Of a stretch of DNA of 64,000 nt, positions 9,388 to 19,081 are shown piece after piece. Numbering within the stretch: position 1 is the first letter of the stretch; the number at the start of each line of letters is the position of its first letter. A program made the translations under genes and the position numbers. This DNA comes from an uncultured Methanomassiliicoccales archaeon (lineage in GTDB: Archaea; Thermoplasmatota; Thermoplasmata; Methanomassiliicoccales; CAZOLG01), in the NCBI GenBank assembly GCA_964580935.1, contig CAZOLG010000005.1:10988-74987 (forward strand). Reading direction: 5' to 3'. The notes beneath the pieces were generated by a model. It saw nothing but the letters and a program-made list of their open reading frames with translations, was not told the DNA's origin and searched no databases.

Positions 9388-10392
9388 TCAGCAGTCCCCG
9401 TAGATCTGTTCCAGCTCCAGATTTTCCTTCGCCGTATCCTTGATCAGATCGATCTTCTCCTGGTCCTCTGGATCGATCCTGGCTATCAGGTGGTCGACCA
9501 TCTCAGCTGCGGTCAGCGTATCGTATCTCACCAATAGTATCGGCACACCGAGCTCGTAGGCCTTGGAGATAACAGTCTTGGCAGGATACAGACCTCCAGA
9601 TAAGATGAGACAGGAACTGTCGGTGGACAGGGCGGCCATCTGTATATCGGGCCTGTCACCGCCGGTGATAACTGCCTTCCTGGGCAGTCTGCGCATGTAT
9701 TTGATCGCGCTCTCCGGCGTCATGGCTCCCACCACTACCTCCTCTACAGACCGGTCGAGCTGGTCCTCTCCAACGATAACTTCTGCCCCTAGAGCATCCA
9801 CGATCTCCTTCACGCGGAAGTGTTTGAGACTATCGATGGTGGGGAATGAGCCCAGAACGTTGATCCCCTTGTCCTCGAGGAAGACCTCTACTGCGGGATC
9901 GTCGTTCTGATTGAGTATCGCCCCCTTGAAATCCAGGTTGTAGTTGTCCATCAACTGCTTGATCATCTGTAGCCTGTCGAGGGACGATGGATCTGGCTGA
10001 GAGACCAGTATCACGTCTGCTCCCACCGCCTGGGCAATGGCCAGTCCGGAGACGTCATGCATGTACCCGGTGGTGATGTCCCTGGTACCCTCTACGAGCA
10101 TCATGTCGCAGTCGCATCTGGCTTTCTCGTAAGCGTCCATGATCTCGGTCATAGAAACGGGCCTGAATATGTCATAGGAGAAAGGTGATATCTCGTCCTC
10201 CTGAGCCTCCAGCTGCATGGTTCTCTTCATGAGATAAGCGTCTTGATCCAGTACGCGGTTACCCGAGTAGACAATGGTCTCCTTGAACGGTTTGAAGTAT
10301 CCTATCTTGCCCTGATAATTCGTGGCCAGACCAAGAGTGATTACCGTCTTTCCCGATCTTTCAGAAACTGAGCCTAAAAATAGAGATTTCAT
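9388..10392 (-). CDS. Stand-alone PtaN-like protein (BioD/CobQ-like P-loop domain plus DRTGG domain)
   Basis: 334 aa. It carries SERSGKTVITLGLA and a C-terminal ITGGDRPDIQ (DRTGG motif), like the N-terminal regulatory half of bacterial Pta. Its start overlaps the stop of the upstream ACD gene by 4 nt. Confidence 0.72.
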   Translation of the reverse strand: MKSLFLGSVSERSGKTVITLGLATNYQGKIGYFKPFKETIVYSGNRVLDQDAYLMKRTMQLEAQEDEISPFSYDIFRPVSMTEIMDAYEKARCDCDMMLVEGTRDITTGYMHDVSGLAIAQAVGADVILVSQPDPSSLDRLQMIKQLMDNYNLDFKGAILNQNDDPAVEVFLEDKGINVLGSFPTIDSLKHFRVKEIVDALGAEVIVGEDQLDRSVEEVVVGAMTPESAIKYMRRLPRKAVITGGDRPDIQMAALSTDSSCLILSGGLYPAKTVISKAYELGVPILLVRYDTLTAAEMVDHLIARIDPEDQEKIDLIKDTAKENLELEQIYGDC

Positions 10393-12512
10393 CGTTCTTC
10401 CCTCCTTATAGTAACTAATGCATCCACAGCATTTCCTCCTTCTCCCTCATCTCCAACGATGACGGGGTTGATTTCGAACTCTGAGATCTCGGGGAAATCG
10501 ACCGAGATCTGCGCGACCTTGAATATGATGTCTTTGAGAGCTTTAATATCCGCGGGCTTCCTGCCCCTGGCACCGGACAGTATGGGATAGGCCTTAATCG
10601 AGGTGATCATGTCGTTGACGTCGGTTTCGGTCAGAGGCGCGATCTTCTGTGAGACGTCCTTCATGATCTCCACGAAGATACCCCCCAGGCCGAAAGTCAT
10701 CACCGGACCGAACTGATCGTCTCTCACCATACCTACGATAGTTTCCCTTCCAGATAACATCTGCTGAATGGAGACGCCCACGATTTCAGCATTGGGCATC
10801 CTGTTCTTGCTTCTTTCGGTAATGAGATTGAACTGCTGTTCCACTTCTTGAGGCGAGGAAACGTCCACTGCCACTCCCCCCACATCGGTCTTGTGGAAGA
10901 TATCAGGAGAAACGATCTTCATGACAACAGGGTAGCCGATACGCTCGGCTATCTCCACCGCCTCCTCAGGGGTGGTGGCCAGGCCTTCATCGGGCACGGG
11001 CACATCATAGGCCTTCAGTATCTCCTTACCTTCATCTTCTCTGAGGGTCAAGCGATTCTCCTCCTTCACATGATCCAGAATCTTTCTGGCCCTCTCCTTA
11101 TCGCCGTTGATATTCACCTCTTCCTCTTTCCGTACACCGTCCCTCATCCTCTTGTACTTAACCATAGCGCCCAGGGCGTTCATAGCCTTATCTGGAGAAT
11201 TGTAATTGGGAATCCCGTGATCTCTGAGTATTCTCACTCCGACATCGGCGTCTTCCCCTCCAATGAATGCCGATACCAGAGGGAGATCCACCTCGCCTGC
11301 AAAGGGGGCCACTATGTTGGCCACCGATTCGATATCCACCACATCGGTGGGTGCCAGCATCACCGCCACGCAGGAGACGTTATCGTCCTCCATGACGGTC
11401 TCGATGGCGAATTTGTACCTCTCATCAGTCGCATCCCCGAGCACGTCGACCGGGTTGTATATGTTGGCCTCATTGGGCAGATATTCCTCCAGTTTCTCGA
11501 TGGTCTCATTGGAGAAAGAGGCCATGGTAAGACCCGCATCGGAGACCGCATCAGCGGCCATCACCCCCATACCTCCAGCATTGGTGACGATGGCCACACC
11601 GTCTCCCTCGGGCAGGGGCATGGTGGCAAAGGCCTGTACGAAATCAAAGAATTCGTCGATGCTGGTGACCCTGATAATGCCCGTCTGATTGAAGGCCGCC
11701 TCGTAGACCTTATCACTTCCAGATAGTGCTCCGGTGTGAGAGGAGGCGGCCTTTGCACCGGTGCTGGTTCTACCGGATTTCAACGCCAATATGGGCTTCT
11801 TCTTGGTGGTCTCGGCCGCTCTGGTCAGAAACTCCGTTCCTCTCTCTGTACCCTCTACATACATACCGATTACTCTGGTCTGATCATCTTCAGCCAGATA
11901 GGGTAACAGTTCGGCCTCATCGATATCCATCTTGTTGCCCACACTGACGAACTTGGAAAAGCCTATCTTTGTTCTTGTGGCCCAGTCCAAGATGGTGGTG
12001 CAGATCGCTCCTGATTGAGAAGTGATGGCCACTCCACCCTGCCGTGGATAATTCTTGGTAAAGGTGGCGTTCATGTCGTGATGTGTATTGATGACCCCCA
12101 GGCAGTTCGGACCTAGAGCCTGAATCCCGTACCTATCGCTGATCTCTCGTACCTGTCGCTCCAGCTCGGCTCCTTCCTTTCCTATCTCTTTGAACCCTGC
12201 GGTGATGATGATGGCGGAGGACACACCTTTCTCCCCTGCCTCTTCCATCACCGCCGGTACGATAGTATTGGGCACTACAACCACCGCCAGGTCCACCGGA
12301 TCGGGGATGTCCTTCACCGAAGCGTAACACTTCAAATCCAGTATCTCATCAGCTTTCGGATTTACGGGGTATAATTCTCCATCAAATCCCGACACGATAA
12401 GATTCCTGAGTATGATGTTTCCCAGTTTCTCCCTTTCTCGGGCAGCACCAATAATCGCTATAGAGACGGGTTCGAACAGTGTTTTCATGTTCTCAATCTG
12501 CATCGATAACAT
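10389..12512 (-). CDS. acd: Acetate--CoA ligase, ADP-forming (ACD), fused alpha-beta form
   Basis: 707 aa. The N-terminus is a CoA-binding and succinyl-CoA-synthetase-like flavodoxin region (VSIAIIGAAR..., GPNCLG). The C-terminus is an ATP-grasp domain (GYPVVMKIVSPDIFHKTDVGGV). Confidence 0.9.
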   Translation of the reverse strand: MLSMQIENMKTLFEPVSIAIIGAAREREKLGNIILRNLIVSGFDGELYPVNPKADEILDLKCYASVKDIPDPVDLAVVVVPNTIVPAVMEEAGEKGVSSAIIITAGFKEIGKEGAELERQVREISDRYGIQALGPNCLGVINTHHDMNATFTKNYPRQGGVAITSQSGAICTTILDWATRTKIGFSKFVSVGNKMDIDEAELLPYLAEDDQTRVIGMYVEGTERGTEFLTRAAETTKKKPILALKSGRTSTGAKAASSHTGALSGSDKVYEAAFNQTGIIRVTSIDEFFDFVQAFATMPLPEGDGVAIVTNAGGMGVMAADAVSDAGLTMASFSNETIEKLEEYLPNEANIYNPVDVLGDATDERYKFAIETVMEDDNVSCVAVMLAPTDVVDIESVANIVAPFAGEVDLPLVSAFIGGEDADVGVRILRDHGIPNYNSPDKAMNALGAMVKYKRMRDGVRKEEEVNINGDKERARKILDHVKEENRLTLREDEGKEILKAYDVPVPDEGLATTPEEAVEIAERIGYPVVMKIVSPDIFHKTDVGGVAVDVSSPQEVEQQFNLITERSKNRMPNAEIVGVSIQQMLSGRETIVGMVRDDQFGPVMTFGLGGIFVEIMKDVSQKIAPLTETDVNDMITSIKAYPILSGARGRKPADIKALKDIIFKVAQISVDFPEISEFEINPVIVGDEGEGGNAVDALVTIRREER

Positions 12513-12564
12513 CCGAGTACTTTTATTTTACCATTGTTCGACGAAGGGGGCCACTCCCCTATTC

Positions 12565-13446
12565 TCAGTACTCTCCCAACGTCATTTGATCCTGAATTCT
12601 AACCGTTGGCTCTTGATGTGGGATGGAGAGCATGGACATCATCTGGGAGGCGTTCTTCACCGCCTTTGCCCTCCCGTGATTGTTGAAGTACACTCTGACC
12701 GAGTCCACCTGTCTTCCCATTCTGCTCAACCTCGGTGCCCAGGGCTTCAGCTCATCGTCCGAATAGAGGTAGTCGTAGCGGTTGATCCTGTGGTCCTCTT
12801 CTGGCTCCCTGTACCATATGTCGTAATTCCTGCCGTGGAATCGGACATAGGCATGATCGGCTGTGGTCTCTTCGATTACGGGCAGACTGGGGCCGTCCAC
12901 AGTGACATTAGCCACGTTGTGTTCCGACAGTAATCCCGACACCTTACCCCTCAACCGTTTGGAACCGTCCAGCCAGGTCCTGTGACGGAACTCCACCGCG
13001 TACTCGATTTCCTTGGAAGAGATCGTATCCAGCAGAACAGACAGCTTGTGCATGTTCTCAGCATCATGTTCAAAGTAAGGGGAGAGCTGTATCAGAGCAC
13101 TGCCCATCAGCCCGTTCTCCATAAGAGGGAATATACAGAGATTCTCGAAGGAAAGGCATTGGTTTGCCGCCGCTTCTGCCCGGTCATCGATCAGAGCGTT
13201 GTGGGTGACGAGCCTCGGCAACTTCAGTGAATACTTGAACCGGTCGAACTCTGAAGCTTTGCCAACCCAGGAATCCACGGTTTTCTCGCCAGGAATACGG
13301 TAGAAGGTGCTATTGATCTCCACAGTTGAGAAGTACCGGGAGTAATAGCTGAGCCACTTACTCTTATTTCCCGATAATTCCCGGGGATAGAACCTGTCTA
13401 TCCAGTCCTTGTACGACCACCCACTACATCCGATATCGATCGTCAT
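12565..13446 (-). CDS. DUF72 family protein
   Basis: The likely true start is ATG 13446 (MTIDIGCSGWSYKDW...FYP), the typical DUF72 N-terminus. The track ORF extends to 13560. Confidence 0.78.
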   Translation of the reverse strand: MTIDIGCSGWSYKDWIDRFYPRELSGNKSKWLSYYSRYFSTVEINSTFYRIPGEKTVDSWVGKASEFDRFKYSLKLPRLVTHNALIDDRAEAAANQCLSFENLCIFPLMENGLMGSALIQLSPYFEHDAENMHKLSVLLDTISSKEIEYAVEFRHRTWLDGSKRLRGKVSGLLSEHNVANVTVDGPSLPVIEETTADHAYVRFHGRNYDIWYREPEEDHRINRYDYLYSDDELKPWAPRLSRMGRQVDSVRVYFNNHGRAKAVKNASQMMSMLSIPHQEPTVRIQDQMTLGEY

Positions 13447-13663
13447 CAACTCCCCCGTTACGCCGCTTTCTATTCTTCCTCCATATATCGGCCTATATAC
13501 ACAAATACTGCTACCAGGATTGAAGCCGACGGGTAACCGGTATTTATTCCTCAGACCCATAATGTGATCCCAGATGAGGAAAATTAATTATTGGGCCGGC
13601 TGATTGGGAAATGAGGGCCAGGGATTGGGGTCTAAACATCCTCCATACCAAGGACCAGGATAA

Positions 13664-14755
13664 ATGGAATCGATTGAGGTACTATTCATGCAAGAATCAA
13701 ACCAAGGATCTGGGAAATGGCTGGGATTGCTGGAGAAGACCATGGATGCTCTTCCCATGAACATAGCAATCCTGGACCAGGAAGGTACGATCGTTCAGGT
13801 GAACAAGTCCTGGAGAGATTTTGCCGACGACAACGGCCTCAAGACCGATAATTACTGTATCGGACAGAACTACATCGGGATATGCGAGTCAGCGGAAGGT
13901 GATTTTTCAGGCATTGCTAGGATAGTGGCGGACAGTCTGAAGGAGATCATCAACTCTGAAAGGAGTGGCTTCAGCATGGAATACCCCTGCCATGGTCCCT
14001 CGGAGAAGAGATGGTTCATCCTCAATGCCCAGAGACTAGATACTGCTGAACCAAAGGTTCTGGTGGTGCACTACAACATAACCCCCCGAAAGATGGCAGA
14101 GAAGGAAATGCAGCTGGCCAACACGAAGCTGAAACTGATGGGCAGCACTACCAGGCACGACATCCTCAATCAACTCTCGGTAATGCTCGGGTACCTTAAC
14201 CTGTTGGCCAAGGATGTCAAGAGCAAGAAGGGGGAGAGGTATATCGACAAGATCGAGAGCGGAGGTCGTAAGATACAGAGGCTGCTAGATTTCTCCAGAG
14301 ATTTCGAGAAATTGGGGATTGAGAAGAGATGGATGGATCTGGAGGAGATCGTTGAGAGCACCTTCTCCCATTTTGAACTGGGCAATATCTCAGTCGAAAT
14401 CGATCTCGACGGTATGGAGGTATTCGGAGATCCACTGCTGGAGAAGGTGTTCTACAACTTGATAGACAATACTCTGGCTCACGGGGGAAGAGAGATAACA
14501 CTGGTTCGGGTCTCTTACAGTACCACCGATGACGGCATCAGGGTCGTATTCGGGGACGACGGACCGGGCATCCCCGTTGACCTCAAAGAATCGATATTCC
14601 AACAGGGGTTCGGTACGGGGACTGGATACGGACTGTATCTGATCAAACAGATATTGATCGGCAGCGACATGGATATCCAAGAGGTGGGCACTGAGGGAGA
14701 GGGAGCCACATTCGAAATATTTGTCCCTGAACATCTGGTAAGAGTTGAGGCATAG
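13664..14755 (+). CDS. PAS-domain sensor histidine kinase
   Basis: 363 aa. It has an N-terminal PAS domain, an H-box TRHDILNQL and an HATPase_c domain (DDGPGIP...GTGTGYGLYL). Stop is TAG. Confidence 0.78.
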   Translation: MESIEVLFMQESNQGSGKWLGLLEKTMDALPMNIAILDQEGTIVQVNKSWRDFADDNGLKTDNYCIGQNYIGICESAEGDFSGIARIVADSLKEIINSERSGFSMEYPCHGPSEKRWFILNAQRLDTAEPKVLVVHYNITPRKMAEKEMQLANTKLKLMGSTTRHDILNQLSVMLGYLNLLAKDVKSKKGERYIDKIESGGRKIQRLLDFSRDFEKLGIEKRWMDLEEIVESTFSHFELGNISVEIDLDGMEVFGDPLLEKVFYNLIDNTLAHGGREITLVRVSYSTTDDGIRVVFGDDGPGIPVDLKESIFQQGFGTGTGYGLYLIKQILIGSDMDIQEVGTEGEGATFEIFVPEHLVRVEA

Positions 14756-15258
14756 GCCGGCGATCGCACTGGCTCCTCCGCCATGGATGGATGTTCCGGA
14801 GCGATCACCTTCCCAGTGGCCATCGTCCGACGACTAGCATCAAAAAGGTTATTTCTGATGGAGGCAATGGTTGATTCCCATCGTACGAGAAGATCGGCGA
14901 TGGGGTGTACATCGTCAAAATGGTCCCTTCCCGAACTACGATATTTCGTGTAATGACAGGAGGAAACCCCGATGTACTACAAACTCCCAGCCTGGGTCAG
15001 GGTGGGGAGAGGGTCTTGGCCCGACTGTGAACCAACCTGTTACGGCTGGGAGACACCTCCCTTTTCATACTGGAGAGCGGGTTCCGGACACTTGCAGCAA
15101 CATGATAGAATGGACCGCCCACAGAGGGGTTTCCCCATGGCCTTTGAAAAATAATCTTCCCTCAGGCGTCATCACTGTTGAATTCGATTATTATCGATTG
15201 GTTAATTCGATAATTAGTCATATCAAGGGCGCGTCTAGCGGCTAGAGAGGAGAGTCTT

Positions 15259-16710
15259 GTGAAGAGAGAAGACGAGACAGAGAATACGCTACAAAGCAGA
15301 GCGTGTAAGGGGCTGATAGGCTCGGTCAGGAGGAGGGCTGAAAAGTTCTCACCGCCGGAAGAATTGGTCGAGCGAGTCCGTATCGATGGGAATCATATGA
15401 GTGCATGTACGAGGAGTCCATTCGAGACCCAGAAGCGTTTTGGGAGAGATATGCGGAGGATGAACTGGACTGGTTCGATCGCTGGGACTCGGTCTTCGAA
15501 TGGGAAAGACAAACATGCGAGTGTGGCTGGTTCAAAAGGGACAAAATCAACGCTGCCTACAATTACGTGGACAGACATGCAGAGGGAAGAAACAGGAACA
15601 AAGCGGCAATCACATGACAGGGAGACAGGGACGATGAGGTGAGGGTGCTTACCTACCACAATCTGCTCAGAAAGGTGTGTCGGATGGCCAACGTCCTGAA
15701 GAGGCACGGGGTGGAGAAAGGAGACAGAGTGTTACTCTATCTACCCATGATCCCTGAGCTGCCAATAGCGATGTTGGCCTGCGCTAGGATCGGGGCAATA
15801 CACAGTGTGGTCTTCGGAGGATTCAACGCTGAGGCCCTGGGCAACGGGATCGTAGACAGCGAGTATTCGGTGCTTATCACCGCTGACGGCGGATACCGGG
15901 GCGGGAAGCTGGTCCCACTGAAGAACATGGCCGACGAGGCAGCGGCCGGGGCGGGGTCATCGTCGAAGATGATAGTGGTCAGGCATGCCGATTGTGGGGT
16001 GAACATGCTAGACAAGAGAGACCACTGGTGGCATGAAGAACGGAAACCGGGGGCCCATGACCTCAAGCCTGGTGCCGCCCTGCGGCCGTTCTTCGGCATC
16101 GAGCCCACCGTGGTCAGGGACGATGGCACAGAGGTTGTGAGCGACGAGGGAGGATATCTACTAATAAAGAAGCCCTGGCCCTCCCTGATGAGGACCATAC
16201 ACGGCGATCATGAAAAGTACAAGGAGACCTACTGGTCCCGCTTCCCGGGCACGTACTTCACCGGGGACGCCGCCCGCCTGGACGAGGAGGGAGACATATG
16301 GTTGCTGGGCAGAGTGGATGACGTGATCAAGGTCTCCGGTCACAGGATAGAGGCCGCAGAGCTAGAGAGTGTGCTTGGCTCGCACCCCGGTGAAGGAGGC
16401 TGCGGTGGTTCCCATACCTCACGATGTCAAAGGAGAAGCGATTCACGCCTACGTTACTCTTAATGTCGGTGTAGAAGAGTCGTCCGAGCTGACCGAGGCG
16501 CTAATCAAATACTTGCGAAAGGTGGTAGGACCGATCGCCACTCCGGAGTCTGTTCAGTTCACTACTGCTCTCCCAAAGACCAGGAGTGGGAAGATAATGA
16601 GGGGGTTGCTCCGAAGGATAGCCTGCGGGCAGTCCGAAGATCTGGGTGACACCACCACCTTAGCCAACCCCTCAGCGGTCTGGGAGCTGGTTGAATTCCG
16701 GGGCGCCTGA
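15259..16710 (+). pseudogene. acs: Decayed AMP-forming acetyl-CoA synthetase (acs) pseudogene
   Basis: ACS-like segments lie in three frame pieces. There is a frameshift near 15385-15395. An in-frame TGA at 15615-15617 sits where ACS has the conserved Trp (AAIT*QGD versus AIIWEGD). About 200 aa are missing around 16035-16060, joining HWWHEE to KPGAALRPFFG and removing the adenylation core. A second frameshift lies at a C/G run near 16385-16392 (SHP|VKEAAVV). Confidence 0.85.
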
Positions 16711-16892
16711 ATACAACCAGACACTGGGTCTCATATCACGTCTCAAAGATGATTGCATCGCATTGGGGAATATTTAGCAGACAACCTGACAGCGGGTCCA
16801 TTGTTTAAACCTCTGGAAAGGGGGTTACTCGGAGATGCCAGTGTGCTTCCTTCCCCAATTCCGAAATATCTTCTATAAGGAGAATAATTCGA

Positions 16893-17165
16893 GTGGAGAT
16901 GACAGAGCTGGTCAGGAAAGGGGAATGCAACAGGTGCGGAGAGTGCTGCAAACCTCGTTTCTACGTCTCGGAAGAGGCGAAGGAGTTCTACAGAAAGAAT
17001 GGCCTCCCCGATAACGGCCAGTGCCAGTTCCTCGCCCTCATCGACGGGGTGTGGACCTATACCATTCACCATGAACGGCCAGATCACTGCCGCAGATTCC
17101 CCTTGCACCCAGACCAACTGGAGGGTCTGGACAATTGTTCCTACTATTTCGTTGAAAAGGAGTAA
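16893..17165 (+). CDS. YkgJ/UPF0153-type cysteine-cluster protein
   Basis: 90 aa with the CxxCxxCC motif (CNRCGECCK) typical of this family. Confidence 0.6.
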   Translation: MEMTELVRKGECNRCGECCKPRFYVSEEAKEFYRKNGLPDNGQCQFLALIDGVWTYTIHHERPDHCRRFPLHPDQLEGLDNCSYYFVEKE

Positions 17166-17177
17166 TATGAAGGAGGA

Positions 17178-18146
17178 CTAAAGGAGGAAGATATGACCCA
17201 GCCTCTTATCGTAGATCCAGGGGTCTTCGGTACGGGCATCCTCTTTCTTGGATATGTACTGTTCCAACTTCGCCTCCACGTTATCGGCCTGACTGACGGC
17301 CAGTGCCTCAGGAAACTGGGGTTCCTTCACCGCCCCGTAATCAGTCTGACCATGGCTGCTCAGTATGATGTGGGCTAGCTTCATCTTCAGCAGTTCAGGG
17401 AAACCCTGGAGCTCATCACATTTCCTGTTGACCATCTCGGCTCCGATCACCAGATGGCCTCTAAGCATTCCATCGATTGACACGTCAATATTGGTGGATA
17501 GTGTATACTCCTCCAGCTTACCGATGTCATGCAGAATAGCTCCAGTGATGAGAAGGTCTCTATCCATCTTCTCATGCAGCCCGTACAGGAAGTCACAGAT
17601 ATTGACCACGTTAAGTGTATGCTCAAGCAGCCCCCCCAGCCAGTTGCAGTGCAGGTGCATCGAGGCGGGGGCGTTCTTGAAGCGCTTCACAAAATCGTCA
17701 TCGGCGAAGAACTCCATGAGCAGCTTCGACAGGTGTTCATTCTCCACCTGCCTGATCCTGGAGAACAGTTTGCTCATCATCTGATCCACGTCCTTCTCCG
17801 TACTGCCCAGGAAATCACGAATGTTATAGGCGGAGCGGTCCACGGGTTGTATACCGTCCTCCCCATTATCACTCACAGCAATCTCCAGCGTATCTCTATA
17901 TTCAGATACTCGTCCCCTGACCCGCACGACCTCCCCCGGGGCAATAGGATCGTATACGTTCTGGACCGAGGACCTGTTTCTCGAGCCCCAATATTTCAGG
18001 TTTATCTCTCCTGTTCGGTCTGTGACCCTCACTTCGAACATGTACCCCTTGGAGTACTCCCTCGGAGGCTTCTTGTACTTCACAGAGAACAGGTCGTCCA
18101 CCTTCTCTCCTTCGCAGAGTTCAGAGACAAACTGAGTCTTTTTCAA
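17178..18146 (-). CDS. OB-fold plus HD-domain phosphohydrolase (YhaM-like 3'-5' exoribonuclease family)
   Basis: 322 aa. The N-terminal OB-like region is followed by HD motifs (HLHCNWLGGLLEHT, ILHDIGK). Confidence 0.72.
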   Translation of the reverse strand: MKKTQFVSELCEGEKVDDLFSVKYKKPPREYSKGYMFEVRVTDRTGEINLKYWGSRNRSSVQNVYDPIAPGEVVRVRGRVSEYRDTLEIAVSDNGEDGIQPVDRSAYNIRDFLGSTEKDVDQMMSKLFSRIRQVENEHLSKLLMEFFADDDFVKRFKNAPASMHLHCNWLGGLLEHTLNVVNICDFLYGLHEKMDRDLLITGAILHDIGKLEEYTLSTNIDVSIDGMLRGHLVIGAEMVNRKCDELQGFPELLKMKLAHIILSSHGQTDYGAVKEPQFPEALAVSQADNVEAKLEQYISKKEDARTEDPWIYDKRLGHIFLL

Positions 18147-18376
18147 CTTGACACCTCATGTTCAACCAATTCATCCATCGGAATGGAGTTATAATGCAAT
18201 GTCGGTAAACGCGCTCGATCGAGGGTCCGATCGTGCTCCCACTCGACATACAGGCACATCCAAAGCGGAATTCTTGAGGGATCTGCCCTCTCCAAAACTG
18301 AATGCCTCATCTAATGTTTAAAGATATCCAAAAGAGGGATGAAGCTCAAACAAAAGGCTCTGAGTCCAGGTCTCGA

Positions 18377-19081
18377 TCAATAGTTCTGTTCTGTCCCCCC
18401 ACTCCTGGCCACCTTCTTGAGCCATTTCTCTGCCTCCTTCCACATGGGGAACTCCCTCTCCCTCGTTCGGAAGCGGCGGGAATGGTTTGCAGACAGCGAA
18501 CTGGTCTTCATCTCAAGGTGCAGTAACTCGTGGTACAAAACGTACTGAGGGACGTAAGCAGGTATAGAGGAGGAATCGAGGGCACTGGACACGGTTACCA
18601 CCTTCATCAGTAGGCTGCAGTAGCCTACTCTACGCCGGTTGGGACGCTTGGTCCAGGTAATCCTCACTCCCCGAGTGCCGTCGATCAGTGCCTGTGCAAT
18701 TAAATCTCGGTACAACTCCTCCAGATCATAGTAATCTCCACAAGTGTACAGGGAAAGATTTCTACTCCTATTCAGGTACTTCTTCCTGTTCCTGTTCAGG
18801 AATTCATCAGAACTGAGCCAATTGTTGATCCTATCCGAATACTCGATCTTTCTTCCCTCTGTAATCCTTCGGAAGAGGGCACGGACGTAGTCTTCCAGAA
18901 GACCATTGTCGGCGTCCAATAAATAATCGGAGATCTTCAGTGAGATCTTGCTACCATTCTTCATCCACTTGCTCTTCAGCTCCTTGTAGGGGTAGAAAGT
19001 CACCTCGACCGTTTCGAACCCAAAATCTTTTCCTACCGTCCTGACCACGGCACGCTTTCCATTATCTTCGTTCACTGACAC
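18377..19081 (-). CDS. SprT-like/DUF45-type Zn metallopeptidase
   Basis: 234 aa. It has an HExxH site (YHELLHLE) preceded by a SprT-like block (ITWTKRPNRRRVGYC...). It overlaps the upstream DUF429 gene by 10 nt. Confidence 0.62.
   Translation of the reverse strand: MSVNEDNGKRAVVRTVGKDFGFETVEVTFYPYKELKSKWMKNGSKISLKISDYLLDADNGLLEDYVRALFRRITEGRKIEYSDRINNWLSSDEFLNRNRKKYLNRSRNLSLYTCGDYYDLEELYRDLIAQALIDGTRGVRITWTKRPNRRRVGYCSLLMKVVTVSSALDSSSIPAYVPQYVLYHELLHLEMKTSSLSANHSRRFRTREREFPMWKEAEKWLKKVARSGGTEQNY

Noticed and set aside
10848-11726. There is a 292-aa + strand ORF antisense to ACD.
   Set aside because: It is a shadow ORF with His/Gly-rich nonsense composition. The opposite strand encodes a full-length ACD.
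14756-15258. The ~500-nt gap between the kinase and the acs pseudogene contains a 124-aa ORF (14871-15245) and G/C-rich inverted repeats. I considered an SRP RNA, an RNase P RNA or a riboswitch.
   Set aside because: I could not find the conserved RNase P (GAGGAAAGUCC-type) or SRP helix-8 motifs by eye. The ORF has no start context and an odd composition. The region may simply be a decayed promoter or leader of the dead acs gene. Only the AT-rich near-repeat AATTCGAT(T/A)ATTA (about 15181-15230) looks promoter-like. A covariance-model scan (Rfam/Infernal) would settle it.
15615-15617. The in-frame TGA at the conserved Trp position of acs might be recoded as Trp or selenocysteine.
   Set aside because: TGA is the commonest genuine stop here (dph5, herA, mre11, ACD and others). 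The expected residue at this position is Trp, not Cys/Sec. The gene has three further inactivating lesions.
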